A stretch of DNA of 64,000 nucleotides from an uncultured Chloroflexia bacterium (GTDB lineage: Bacteria; Chloroflexota; Dehalococcoidia; UBA2979). The position numbers were made by a program, and so were the translations under genes. The notes under the pieces are model-generated. The model saw nothing but the letters and a program-made list of their open reading frames with translations, did no database searches and was not told the DNA's origin. Shown piece by piece: positions 38,928-47,850 of this stretch; position 1 is the stretch's first letter; every line of letters begins with the position of its first letter. The stretch lies in NCBI GenBank assembly GCA_963728205.1, contig CAVSIV010000002.1, forward strand, positions 37,733 through 101,732, given 5' to 3'.

Positions 38928-39722
38928 TTGCCGGCCGCCGCCGTCGCGCTGATGCTGGCGCTGGCGGGCTGCAGCGGCGGGCGCGTGGTCATCTCGAAGT
39001 CCGCGCGGCCGGAGTCGGCCGGCGGGCGAACGTCGTACATCGTTCTGGCGTCGGTCGGCGCCGGCGGCGAGGATGCGCAGCCCGCGGTCGGGCAAACCTA
39101 CACGCGCGTCGTGGCGCCGGACGACCCGTGGGTGCGCCACTGCTACGACCAGGCGCGGGTCGGCGTCGGCCTGCCGTACTACTGCGTCAGCGGACGCACG
39201 CCGCTCGAGGCGCTCCTCATCGCCCTGTCGCTCCTCCCGGTGATCGTCATCACCTGGCTCGCCGCGCACCGCTTCGTCGCGCGACTGCCCGAGCCCGCGC
39301 CCGTCGCCGAGACGGGTGTCGGGGACGCCGCAGGGAGCGGGGGCGGCGGTGGTGACTGGCTGCTGTCGCGACAGGCGCGCGAGCGCTCGGCCTTCGAGGC
39401 GGCGCGGGGTCCCGCCGCGCAGGCCCGCTTCGCCACCGGCCGCTATGCGCTGCGCTCGGTGGGGCTGGGCGCGCTGTACGGCCTCGCGGTCACCGCGGCC
39501 GCGAGCGCGGTGCTCGGCTGGCGCACCGCCGACGACTGGGTCGTGCTCGCCGCCGCGGCGCACATCCCGGTCGTGGGCTTCACCTACATCTGGTGGGCGC
39601 TCCACGGCCGGGTGGGGAACCGGCGGCACCTCCGCGCGCTGTTCGCGGTCGGCGGGATGATCGGTCTCGCCACGGCCGGGGTCGTGCTGCTGCTGCTCGA
39701 GGGCTCGCACGCGCTGCTCTGA
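38928..39722 (+). CDS. putative membrane lipoprotein, unknown function (start codon unresolved)
   Basis: Frame of track ORF 38730..39722. ...IARRRRGARWWLPAAAVALMLALAGCSGG (lipobox LAGC), later TM segments LIALSLLPVIVITWLAA, LGALYGLAVTAAASAVLGW and MIGLATAGVVLLLLEG. The first canonical in-frame start after acnA is TTG 38928, which would remove the RRRR n-region. The alternatives are ATT 38895 or GTG 38730, which overlaps acnA by 128 nt. Confidence 0.45.
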   Translation: MPAAAVALMLALAGCSGGRVVISKSARPESAGGRTSYIVLASVGAGGEDAQPAVGQTYTRVVAPDDPWVRHCYDQARVGVGLPYYCVSGRTPLEALLIALSLLPVIVITWLAAHRFVARLPEPAPVAETGVGDAAGSGGGGGDWLLSRQARERSAFEAARGPAAQARFATGRYALRSVGLGALYGLAVTAAASAVLGWRTADDWVVLAAAAHIPVVGFTYIWWALHGRVGNRRHLRALFAVGGMIGLATAGVVLLLLEGSHALL

Positions 39723-39742
39723 CGCCGCCCCACGCCTCTGTT

Positions 39743-39752
39743 CATACGTATG
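39743..39752. promoter_or_regulatory. perfect 10-bp palindrome in an AT-rich patch (candidate operator)
   Basis: CATACGTATG, immediately followed by TAATAT (39754-39759, -10-like), 48 nt upstream of the CoA-transferase ATG. Confidence 0.3.
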
Positions 39753-39799
39753 TAATATCTCCCCATCGCCGCGCCGTTGCGCGACGGGGGAGGTCGACG

Positions 39800-41092
39800 A
39801 TGACGAACGCAGTGCAGGGGCCGCTCGCCGGGATCCGCGTACTCGAGTTCTCGCAGATCGTCGCGGCGCCGGTCTGCGGCGTGAACCTCTCGGATCTCGG
39901 CGCCGACGTGATCAAGGTCGAGCCGCCGGGCGGCGAGCAGACGCGCCGCTCGGGGGCGGTCGTGCCCAACGAGGGCAAGGGTTTCCAGGCGCTGAACCGC
40001 GGCAAGCGTGGCCTCGTCGTCGACCTCCAGGATCCGCGCGGGCGCGCGGTCATCCACCGGCTGATGCCGTCGATCGACGTCGTCGCCATCAACTACCGGC
40101 TCGGCGTCGCGGAGCGGATCGGGATCGACTACCGGACCCTCAGCGCGATCCGTCCGGACCTCATCTACTGGCAGAACACCGGCTTCGGTTCCGGCGGCCC
40201 CGAGGCGTTCCGCGCCGGCTCGGACATCGTCGCCCAGGGTTACTCGGGGCTGATGGTCACCGACGCGAAGACAAACGACGACGGCGCGCCTGACCTCGTG
40301 GCCACGCCGATCGCCGACATCGCGTCCGGCTTCGCGGCCGCGATGGGCATCTGCGCCGCGCTCTACCATCGGGCGATGACCGGCGAGGGTCAGGAGCTCG
40401 AGACGTCGCTGTTGCGGACGTCGCTTTTCCTGCAGGGCTCGACGGTGATGCGCGAGCCGGCCAGCGACGCGGTGCTGCGCGACCCGCTGATGGAGGAGGT
40501 CGCGGCGATCCGCGCTCGCGCCGGCTCGTACGGCGAGATCCTGGAGGCGCGCAAGGGACGCGCCGCGCTGCGCGCGGCGTTCCGGCTCTACTACGGCGCG
40601 TACCGCGCGCAGGACGGCGCGGTCGTGCTGGGCGCACTGACGAAGGCGAACCGCGACGCGATGCGGCGCGTGCTCGGGGGCGAGGACGAGGCGAGCGACG
40701 AGGACGCCTACGACGCCTTCGACCCGCTCAGCCTGGAGGAGGCGGAGCGCTGGAAGCAGCGCTATCGCGCGCTCTTCCGCACGCGGACGGTCGGGGAGTG
40801 GGTCGCGCTGTTCGACGCGGCGCACGTCCCGGTGGCACCCGTGCAGTTGCCCGAGGAGCTCGCCGACGACCCGCAGGTGGTCGCCGACGGCGTGATGGCG
40901 GAGCTGCATCATGCCGTGACCGGCCCGCAGCGCGTCGTCGGCCCGGCGGTCACGCTGACGCGCACGCCGACCGCCGCGCGGCGCGCCGCGCCGGCGCTGG
41001 GCGAGCACTCGGTCGAGGTGCTGTGCGAGTCGGGCATGGAGCCCGTCGAGATCGCGGAGCTGGTCGCGGCCGGCGTCGTCGTCCAGCGCTGA
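39800..41092 (+). CDS. CoA-transferase family III (CaiB/BaiF-like)
   Basis: Track ORF 39593..41092 trimmed to ATG 39800 (GGGGGAGG upstream). PLAGIRVLEFSQIVAAPVCGVNLSDLGADVIKVEPPGG... Confidence 0.88.
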   Translation: MTNAVQGPLAGIRVLEFSQIVAAPVCGVNLSDLGADVIKVEPPGGEQTRRSGAVVPNEGKGFQALNRGKRGLVVDLQDPRGRAVIHRLMPSIDVVAINYRLGVAERIGIDYRTLSAIRPDLIYWQNTGFGSGGPEAFRAGSDIVAQGYSGLMVTDAKTNDDGAPDLVATPIADIASGFAAAMGICAALYHRAMTGEGQELETSLLRTSLFLQGSTVMREPASDAVLRDPLMEEVAAIRARAGSYGEILEARKGRAALRAAFRLYYGAYRAQDGAVVLGALTKANRDAMRRVLGGEDEASDEDAYDAFDPLSLEEAERWKQRYRALFRTRTVGEWVALFDAAHVPVAPVQLPEELADDPQVVADGVMAELHHAVTGPQRVVGPAVTLTRTPTAARRAAPALGEHSVEVLCESGMEPVEIAELVAAGVVVQR

Positions 41093-41119
41093 CGCGGCGG
41101 CGCGCCGCCGCGCGTCAAA

Positions 41120-41983
41120 TCACAGCAGCTTCTGCGCCGCGTTGCAGGCGTCCGTCACGGCGGCGAGTGCGCGGTCGGCGGCGTCCCAGTGGCCGCTGCG
41201 CGCGAACTGCATCGCCACGAGCTCGCCGTTGAGGCACTCGCTCAGCACCGAGATCTGCTGCTGCTGCGTCTGCGACTGCTTCTGCGCCGAGTCCAGGCCC
41301 GCCTGCAACGCCTGCAGGCGGGCCTGCAGCGCCGTGACCTGCGTCGTCGCGGCGTCCAGCCGGCCCTGCAGGTCGTCACGCGCCTGCTGCAGCGTCTCGG
41401 CCTGCTGCTTCGCCGACTGCGCCTGCGTCTGCAGCGTCGCCTGCGCCGTCGCCTTCGCATCGACCGTCGCTTGCAGTGTCGCGAGCGTGGCCTGGCTGCG
41501 CTGTGCGTCTTGCTGCGCGGCGACGGCGTCGGCGCGGGCGCGCGCCGCATCGCTGCGCGCCGCCAGCCACGCCGACCCGACGCCCGCGAGGGCGAGCACG
41601 AGGGCAACGACGACGACCGCGGCGATCAGGGGGCCCCGCGCACGGCCGAGCGACGCCCGCGCGCGGGAGGCGACGCCGGCCGTCCACGCCGGAGCGCTCT
41701 CCGTCCACCCGGGTCGCTCGAGCTTCGCGGGTAGCGCGTGCCGGAGGGCCGCCGCCGCCGACGCCGGCGCGTCCCGCAGCGCGGCGGGCGCGCCGCCGCG
41801 CGGCCGCGGCAGCGACCAGCGCGGGAGGTGCGCTCGCAGCCGCCGGAGCGTCTCGGTCGAAACCGGTGGCAGGATGCGCGGGCCGGTGTCGGCGTTGCGG
41901 ACCTCGTCGGGCAGGTCGGCGCCGCAGAGGCGGCAGAACTCCCAGCCCGCCAGGACCGGCGCTCCACATTGCTCGCAGTACAT
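41120..41983 (-). CDS. zinc-ribbon / single-TM / Gln-Ala-rich coiled-coil protein, unknown function
   Basis: Track ORF 41120..42007. MYCEQCGAPVLAGWEFCRLCGADL (2x CxxC), TM helix LIAAVVVVALVLALAGVGSAWLAA, then about 110 aa of heptad-like Q/A/L/T repeats (ATLQATVDAKATAQATLQTQAQSAKQQAETLQQARDDLQGRLDAATTQVTALQARLQALQAGL). Confidence 0.65.
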   Translation of the reverse strand: MYCEQCGAPVLAGWEFCRLCGADLPDEVRNADTGPRILPPVSTETLRRLRAHLPRWSLPRPRGGAPAALRDAPASAAAALRHALPAKLERPGWTESAPAWTAGVASRARASLGRARGPLIAAVVVVALVLALAGVGSAWLAARSDAARARADAVAAQQDAQRSQATLATLQATVDAKATAQATLQTQAQSAKQQAETLQQARDDLQGRLDAATTQVTALQARLQALQAGLDSAQKQSQTQQQQISVLSECLNGELVAMQFARSGHWDAADRALAAVTDACNAAQKLL

Positions 41984-42131
41984 GGGTCGGACGATCCCCT
42001 CGCGCACCCCGCCCTGGAGTGCGGCCGGTCAGGCCGCCGATGGCCGTCGGTACGTGAACGCACGAGCGTCGCTCACGTTCGGGTTCCGCCCGCGTCGATG
42101 GTATCTCGGGAGCGACACCTGTGGCAGCGGG

Positions 42132-43457
42132 TCACAATCCGGGGACACCGGCCGCTGCGGCTCCGCTGCGCGCCCGCGCCCCGTCGTCTGCGTCGCCGGG
42201 CGTCTCCGGCGGCGTCGCGAAGTAGAAGAAGAGCGACCCCAGCCCGGCGAGCACCGCGATGATCGTGAAGCCGGCCTGGTACCCGCCCGTCGCATCGGCG
42301 AGGAAGCCCGCGATCAGCGGCCCGCTCATCAGCCCGATCATGTTCAGCATCGTGGAGAAGCCCATGATCATCCCGAACGACGCGCGCCCGAAGTAGTCGG
42401 CGCGCAGCGCCTGCATCTGCGGACCGCGGATGCCCCAGGCGAGTCCGTGCAGCGGCACGAACAGGATCGCCATCCAGATGTTCACGGCGTAGGCGAGCAG
42501 CAGCAGCCCGACCATGTGTCCGAGCATGCACACGATGATGATCCGCCGCTTGTTGAAGCGGTCACCGAGGTAGCCGCCGATCAGCTGCCCGGTGAGCTGC
42601 ATCAGCGGCAGCGCTCCACCCACGAAGCTCGCCTGCTGCAGCGTCAGCCCGAGCGACCCCGTGAGGTCGAGCGACAGGTGCAGCATCACGGCGCCGACCA
42701 CGAGCAGCGCCGACGCGTGCCCGAACCCGATCAGCCAGAACGCGCGCGTGCGCAGCGCCTCGCGCACCGTCAGGCTCCGCTGCGGCTCGTCGCGTACGCC
42801 GTTGCGCTCAGCCTCGGCGCGGCGCTGCTCCGGCGTCACGCCGTCGACGTGCTCGCCGAGCAGTTCCGGCCGGTGGTGCATCACCTGCGCGATCGGCAGC
42901 CCCACGACCAGCACGATCACGCCCGACGCGAACGCCGTCGTGCGCCAGCCGATCGTCGTGAGCGCGTACGCGACGATCGGCGTGAGCACGCCGCCGGCCG
43001 CGATGCCGACCTGCGCGAGCGAGAGCGCCGTCGCGCGCCGGTGCTCGAACCAGTTCACGATGGTGGTCGTGATCGAGAGCATCCCGGAGAGCGTCGAGCC
43101 GAGCACGACCAGCAGGTAGAAGCCGAAGAACTCGAGCGGCGTGCGCATCTGGCTGAACAGCATGAAGCCGATGCCGAAGATGACGACGCCCACGCGCATG
43201 ACGACGCGCGGCCCGAAGCGGTCGAGCAGCCACCCCTGGATCGGCGCGAGCAGCGCGGTCTGCACGCGGGTGAGCGCGAAGCCGATCGAGAGCATCGACG
43301 CGCTCCAGCCGAGCTCGTCGCGCAGCAGCACCGAGTAGTTCGCGAATGCCTGCATCAGGAGCGCGCTGCGGATCGCGGACATCGACGCTCCGGCGCCGAC
43401 GATCCGCCAGCCGTAGAAGGCCGGCCGCCGCGGTCGGCGGGGGCGGGGCAGGCGCAT
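42132..43457 (-). CDS. MFS transporter (oxalate/formate-antiporter-like)
   Basis: Track ORF, 441 aa with 12 predicted hydrophobic segments. ...GWLLDRFGPR... and ...GYLGDRFNKRR... loop motifs. Confidence 0.85.
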   Translation of the reverse strand: MRLPRPRRPRRPAFYGWRIVGAGASMSAIRSALLMQAFANYSVLLRDELGWSASMLSIGFALTRVQTALLAPIQGWLLDRFGPRVVMRVGVVIFGIGFMLFSQMRTPLEFFGFYLLVVLGSTLSGMLSITTTIVNWFEHRRATALSLAQVGIAAGGVLTPIVAYALTTIGWRTTAFASGVIVLVVGLPIAQVMHHRPELLGEHVDGVTPEQRRAEAERNGVRDEPQRSLTVREALRTRAFWLIGFGHASALLVVGAVMLHLSLDLTGSLGLTLQQASFVGGALPLMQLTGQLIGGYLGDRFNKRRIIIVCMLGHMVGLLLLAYAVNIWMAILFVPLHGLAWGIRGPQMQALRADYFGRASFGMIMGFSTMLNMIGLMSGPLIAGFLADATGGYQAGFTIIAVLAGLGSLFFYFATPPETPGDADDGARARSGAAAAGVPGL

Positions 43458-43533
43458 CAGCGCGGCATCGGTTCCACCGCCACCTCACCGCGAGCCCCGC
43501 TCGCGGGCAAGACGCTGGCTGGATGCGACCGGC

Positions 43534-46083
43534 TCACGACGCCGCGAACTCGCGGCAGCGGATCGCGCGGTCGAGCTCGTCGATCTGCTCGCGCAGCGAC
43601 CGGCGCAGCACGGGCATGCTCTCCGGCGTCGCGTCGAGCATCTGCTGCGCGCGCGCCAGCAGGTCGCGTTCGACGCGGTTCGGGAAGAGCGCGCTGAAGT
43701 ACGTCTGGCAGAACTCGTTCGGGCGCTGCTCGAAGATGCCGGTGACCTTCTCGAAGAAGCGCTCCTCGTAGGGGCGCGTCAGGTCGCGCTGCACCCACCA
43801 CTGGAAGCCGCGCATCGCCGAGGCCGTCAGGTGCAGCGAGCCGTAGCCCTCGCCGTGGAAGCGCTCCCACGCCGTCGCCTTCACCGCGGCGTCGGGCCAC
43901 GACGTCTCGATGCGCCGCAGCGCGCGCTGGCCGCGGTCCGACGGGTCGCGCGCGGCCTCCGCGTCGACGCGCGCCTGCGCGCCGTCGAGCCCGAACCCGA
44001 CGTGCCGCGCCGCAATCTCCCAGCGCATGTCCTGGTCGATGGTGAGTCCCTCGACGGTCAACTCGCCGTCGGCAAGCCGGCCCGTGAGGCGGATGTCGTC
44101 GGGGTTCAGCGCGACGCCGACCAGCGTGCGCGCGAGCGTGATCTGCAGATCGTGGTCGCGCTCCGCCTGCAGGAGTCGCCACGTCAACTCGAAGAAGCGA
44201 TGCGCCTCGGCGGCTTTCCGGTCCTCCGGCACGTAGCGCGCAACCGCGCCCGTCATCGAGCCGAGGATCGTCTCGACCAGCTCCTGGTCGCGCTCGAACG
44301 CGATCTTCTCGCCCGCGAGCGCCAGGTAGTCGGTCGACCGCAGCTGCTGGTCGCGCACCATGTTCCACAGCGACTGCCAGATCATCTGCCGCAGCAGCGG
44401 GTCCGCGATCGCCTCCAGCCGCCGGCGCAGGAAGTCGACCGACGTCTCGTCGAGCGCGATCCGCGCGTAGTCGTAGTCGTCGTGGTTGGGGAAGACGAAG
44501 CCCGGCGCCGGCTTGCCGACGGCCGCCGGCACGGCCGCGGTCGCGCCGTCGATCGCGGCGGGCACCGCCTCGACCGTGAGCCCGCCGTCCTGCTCGCGCA
44601 CCAGCGCGACCGCCGTGCGGTGCGGCCGCAGCGTCGCGTGCGTCTCCGGCGCGGTCTGCGTCAGCGTCATCGCGGCCACGCGGTCGCCATCCGCCTCCCA
44701 CGTCGCCGCGAGCGTGTTCAGCGAGGCCGTCTCCAGCCACGCACGCGCCCACTGCTCGAGGTCCTGCGGCACGCCCTCGCCGAGCGCGGCGAGGAAGTCG
44801 GCGAGCGTCGTGTTCCCGAACGCGTGGCGCTGGAAGTAGCGCCGCATGCCGTCGCGGAACGCGTCCATGCCAATCGCGTAGACCAGCTGCTTGAGGACCG
44901 ACGCGCCCTTGCCGTACGTGATGCCGTCGAAGTTGAGGAACGTCTCGTCGGTGTCGCGCACCTCGCCGGCGATCGGGTGCGTCGTCACCAGCTCGTCCTG
45001 GTGGTACGCCCACGACTTCATCCGCGAGTTGAAGTTCAGCCACGACGTCTTGAAGCGCGTCGCCTCGGCGAGGCAGAGGTACGACATGTAGCTGGCGAAC
45101 GACTCGTTCAGCCAGAGGTCGTTCCACCAGCGCATCGTCACGAGGTCGCCAAACCACATGTGCGCCATCTCGTGCAGGAAGATCTCGGCACGGCTGAGGC
45201 GCTGGGTGTCGGTCGGGGGATCGCGGTAGATGATCCGCTCGTAGTGCGTGACGGCGCCGATGTTCTCCATCGCGCCGGCGTTGAACTCCGGGACCGCGAT
45301 CTGGTCGTACTTCCCGAACGGATACGGGTAGGCGAAGAAGTCCGCGTAGAAGTCGAGCCCCTGCTTCGTGACCTCCCAGATCTCGTCGATGTCCACGTAC
45401 TTCACGAGCGACTTGCGACAGTAGAAGCCGAGAGGGATGTCGCCGTGCTGCTCGCGGAACTCGTGGTACGGGCCCACGATCAGCGCGAACAGGTATGGGG
45501 AGAACGGCACGGTCTCGCGAAAGACGTGCCGCACCCGCCCATCGCCCGCCGCCTCGCGCGACTGCTCCGGGTAGTTCGCGATCACGACCCACGCCTCGGG
45601 GGCCGTCACAGTCACGCGATAGCGCGCCTTGATGTCGGGCTGGTCGAAGCACGGGAAGAGGCGGTGCGCCTCGTATGGCTCGAAGTTCGAGTAGAAGTAC
45701 TCCTCGCCGTCCTCGGGGTCGACGAACTGGTGGAAGCCGTCGCCGTCGTGGTTGTAGTCGTGCTCGTACTGGATGCGCACGACGTTCGTCGCGGCGAGCG
45801 CGTCGGCCGGCAGCGTCAGGCGGTAGCCGGTCCAGTCGGGCGCGTCGATCGCGCGGCCGTTGACCTCGAGGCGCTCGATGCGCTTGCCGGTGTGGTCGAG
45901 GAAGAGCGGGCCGTTGCCCGCGAGCGAGAAGCGGATCGTGACGTCGCCGCGGTAGCCCTCGCGGCCCCGTTCGAGGTCGATCGCGAGCTCGTAGGAGACG
46001 TCCGAGACGCGTCGTGCGCGGTCAGTCGCCTCGTCCTGGGTGAGCACGTCGCGCGCGGCAGGGGTGGTGGGGGCGGTCGTCAT
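43534..46083 (-). CDS. pepN: aminopeptidase N (M1 family)
   Basis: C-terminal 849 codons of shadow ORF 43534..47733 from ATG 46083. GAMEN exopeptidase motif (FNAGAMENIG) and HEMAHMWFGD...WLNESFA zinc site. Confidence 0.95.
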   Translation of the reverse strand: MTTAPTTPAARDVLTQDEATDRARRVSDVSYELAIDLERGREGYRGDVTIRFSLAGNGPLFLDHTGKRIERLEVNGRAIDAPDWTGYRLTLPADALAATNVVRIQYEHDYNHDGDGFHQFVDPEDGEEYFYSNFEPYEAHRLFPCFDQPDIKARYRVTVTAPEAWVVIANYPEQSREAAGDGRVRHVFRETVPFSPYLFALIVGPYHEFREQHGDIPLGFYCRKSLVKYVDIDEIWEVTKQGLDFYADFFAYPYPFGKYDQIAVPEFNAGAMENIGAVTHYERIIYRDPPTDTQRLSRAEIFLHEMAHMWFGDLVTMRWWNDLWLNESFASYMSYLCLAEATRFKTSWLNFNSRMKSWAYHQDELVTTHPIAGEVRDTDETFLNFDGITYGKGASVLKQLVYAIGMDAFRDGMRRYFQRHAFGNTTLADFLAALGEGVPQDLEQWARAWLETASLNTLAATWEADGDRVAAMTLTQTAPETHATLRPHRTAVALVREQDGGLTVEAVPAAIDGATAAVPAAVGKPAPGFVFPNHDDYDYARIALDETSVDFLRRRLEAIADPLLRQMIWQSLWNMVRDQQLRSTDYLALAGEKIAFERDQELVETILGSMTGAVARYVPEDRKAAEAHRFFELTWRLLQAERDHDLQITLARTLVGVALNPDDIRLTGRLADGELTVEGLTIDQDMRWEIAARHVGFGLDGAQARVDAEAARDPSDRGQRALRRIETSWPDAAVKATAWERFHGEGYGSLHLTASAMRGFQWWVQRDLTRPYEERFFEKVTGIFEQRPNEFCQTYFSALFPNRVERDLLARAQQMLDATPESMPVLRRSLREQIDELDRAIRCREFAAS

Positions 46084-46419
46084 GCGAACCTCTCTCGCGG
46101 CACGGTCAATCGAAGGCGGGAGGTTCGATTCTATCGGAGCCCCCGCCGGGGGCCACCCGGTGAAGTGCGTGGGCGGCCCCGAACATCGACCCGCGGCGCG
46201 GCGAGCACGGGCGACCGATCGCGCAGGGGACGCCGGACGGTACGGAGCGTGGCTCGCCGCCGCGTCGGCCGGTGCGGCCCCGGTGCCGTGGTTCGGCCGG
46301 AAATACGGCGGCCTCGCGGTCCCTGCTCGGCCGGGCGGAGCGGCGCCATGGCCGCGCGCGCGCCGCGCAGTGGTAGAGTGCCGCCGTCCCCGACGGACGT
46401 GATGGATGGAGGAGGCCCG

Positions 46420-46842
46420 ATGGCGACCGCGGACGAACTGCGCGCGAGGATCGAGAAGAACCGCCACGATCTGCACGCGGCGATCGAGGCGGCGGCGGCG
46501 CGCTGGGACGCCGGCACCGACGACGAGTGGGGCCCGCGCAAGATCGCGGAGCACGCGATCGGCGCGGAGCGTGCGTTCGCGGGCCGCATCGCCACCGCGA
46601 TGCAGGGGAAGCCGCCCGAGCGCCAGCCGCTCGAGCTGACCTCGAGCGCCGCGGCGCTCGACGCCGCTGCCGCGGCGGAGGCCGACTTCAACCGGGTCGC
46701 TCGCTACGTCGAGGATCGAGACCTCGCGAAGGCGGCCGAAGTGACGGGCAACTACCCGCAGACCGTCGAGGGCGCGCTCCAGCTGAGCGCCGATCACCTC
46801 GCCGATCACGCCAGGCAGCTGCAGGGGGTCGCGGCGGGCTAG
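46420..46842 (+). CDS. DinB-family (DinB_2-like four-helix bundle) protein
   Basis: Last 140 codons of shadow ORF 43831..46842 from ATG 46420 (GGAGGAGG upstream). ...WGPRKIAEHAIGAE...LQLSADHLADHARQL... Confidence 0.6.
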   Translation: MATADELRARIEKNRHDLHAAIEAAAARWDAGTDDEWGPRKIAEHAIGAERAFAGRIATAMQGKPPERQPLELTSSAAALDAAAAAEADFNRVARYVEDRDLAKAAEVTGNYPQTVEGALQLSADHLADHARQLQGVAAG

Positions 46843-47600
46843 CCGCTCCCGCTCGAGTCCGGCGCCGGGGCGGCGCGACGACGCTCGCGCTCCTCCCGGC
46901 GCGGCACGACCCACAGCCGGATGATCGACACGGCGATCAGCGCCGCCGCCAGCCCGAACCAGGTGGCGGCGTACTCGAGGTGCGGCGTCGTGTTCTGGAA
47001 GCCGATGTACTGCTGCAGCGGCAGCGCGCCGTTGTCGAACTCGAAGTCCTGCACGAGGCGGCCCTGCAGCACCGCCCAGCCCACGACGGGGTAGGGCAGC
47101 GTCTTCCCCATCGCAACCGGGTCGAGGTGCGACCAGGCGCCGTTCGGCAGCAGGTGGCCGCCGAAGTCGCTGGCCGTCACCGCCATCCCCGCGACGCTGC
47201 CCGTCGTCTGCGCCGCGAGCTGCTGCAGCACGGTCGCACGCTGCTGGTCCGGCATCCACCCGCGGTCGACGAGCAGGGCCGGACCGCCCGGCGCCAGCAG
47301 CAGCGGCGTCACCGCTTCGACGCCGAGCGTGTCGAATCGCACCCGGTTCGCGACGAGCATCGTGTGCGCGTTGTCCCACGTGCCCGTCGCGGCGACGTGC
47401 CGCCATTCGACGTCGCCGGGCGCGCTGTCGAGCAGCGTCGTTGCGTCGACGGGCGCGGCCGTGGTGCGCGCGGTGCGCTCGGCGATCACGCCCTGCTTCC
47501 AGAAGTAGCGGTAGACCTGCCAGGTGCCGAGCGCGGTGAGGCCGAGCACGACCAAGACGACGGCGGCGACGGCGGCGGCCGTGCGCGGGCGGACTGACAT
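46839..47600 (-). CDS. SURF1-family cytochrome oxidase assembly protein
   Basis: Track ORF, 253 aa. N-terminal TM plus ...LGTWQVYRYFWK..., ...LLVDRGWMP..., ...HLEYAATWFGLAAAL... Its stop overlaps the DinB-like stop (CTAG). Confidence 0.85.
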   Translation of the reverse strand: MSVRPRTAAAVAAVVLVVLGLTALGTWQVYRYFWKQGVIAERTARTTAAPVDATTLLDSAPGDVEWRHVAATGTWDNAHTMLVANRVRFDTLGVEAVTPLLLAPGGPALLVDRGWMPDQQRATVLQQLAAQTTGSVAGMAVTASDFGGHLLPNGAWSHLDPVAMGKTLPYPVVGWAVLQGRLVQDFEFDNGALPLQQYIGFQNTTPHLEYAATWFGLAAALIAVSIIRLWVVPRREERERRRAAPAPDSSGSG

Positions 47601-47749
47601 GCGCGATGTGCCTCCGGATGGTCGGGGTATGGCCCAGTCTCGGACCGGTGCTCAGGACGCGCAACGCTCGGGGCGCCGGAGGTTGCCGCTGGCCCCGCGC
47701 GGGTGTCTGATCGGCGTGGCGGAGACCCGGCACCGGGGGACACGTGCTC

Positions 47750-47776
47750 GTCTCGAGACTGAAACATTGTTGAAAC
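47750..47776 (+). promoter_or_regulatory. GlnR-box-like direct repeats upstream of glnII
   Basis: GTCTC-gagact-GAAAC-attgtt-GAAAC: pentamers at 11-nt periodicity at 47750, 47761 and 47772, with a weaker GACAC at 47739. They lie 75 nt upstream of the glnII ATG. Confidence 0.4.
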
Positions 47777-47850
47777 GTCGGTGCCGTAGCTTCTTCCCGT
47801 CACCACCCGGATTCAGCGGCGTCCCACGCGCCAGTCGAGATGGAGCATCG

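Noticed and set aside
46107-46129. AATCGAA-n9-TTCGATT as a LexA/SOS box upstream of the DinB-family gene.
   Set aside because: The spacing of 9 nt does not fit the actinobacterial TCGAAC-n4-GTTCGA box or the Cheo-box GAAC-n4-GTTC. DinB_2-fold proteins are also not necessarily SOS-regulated.
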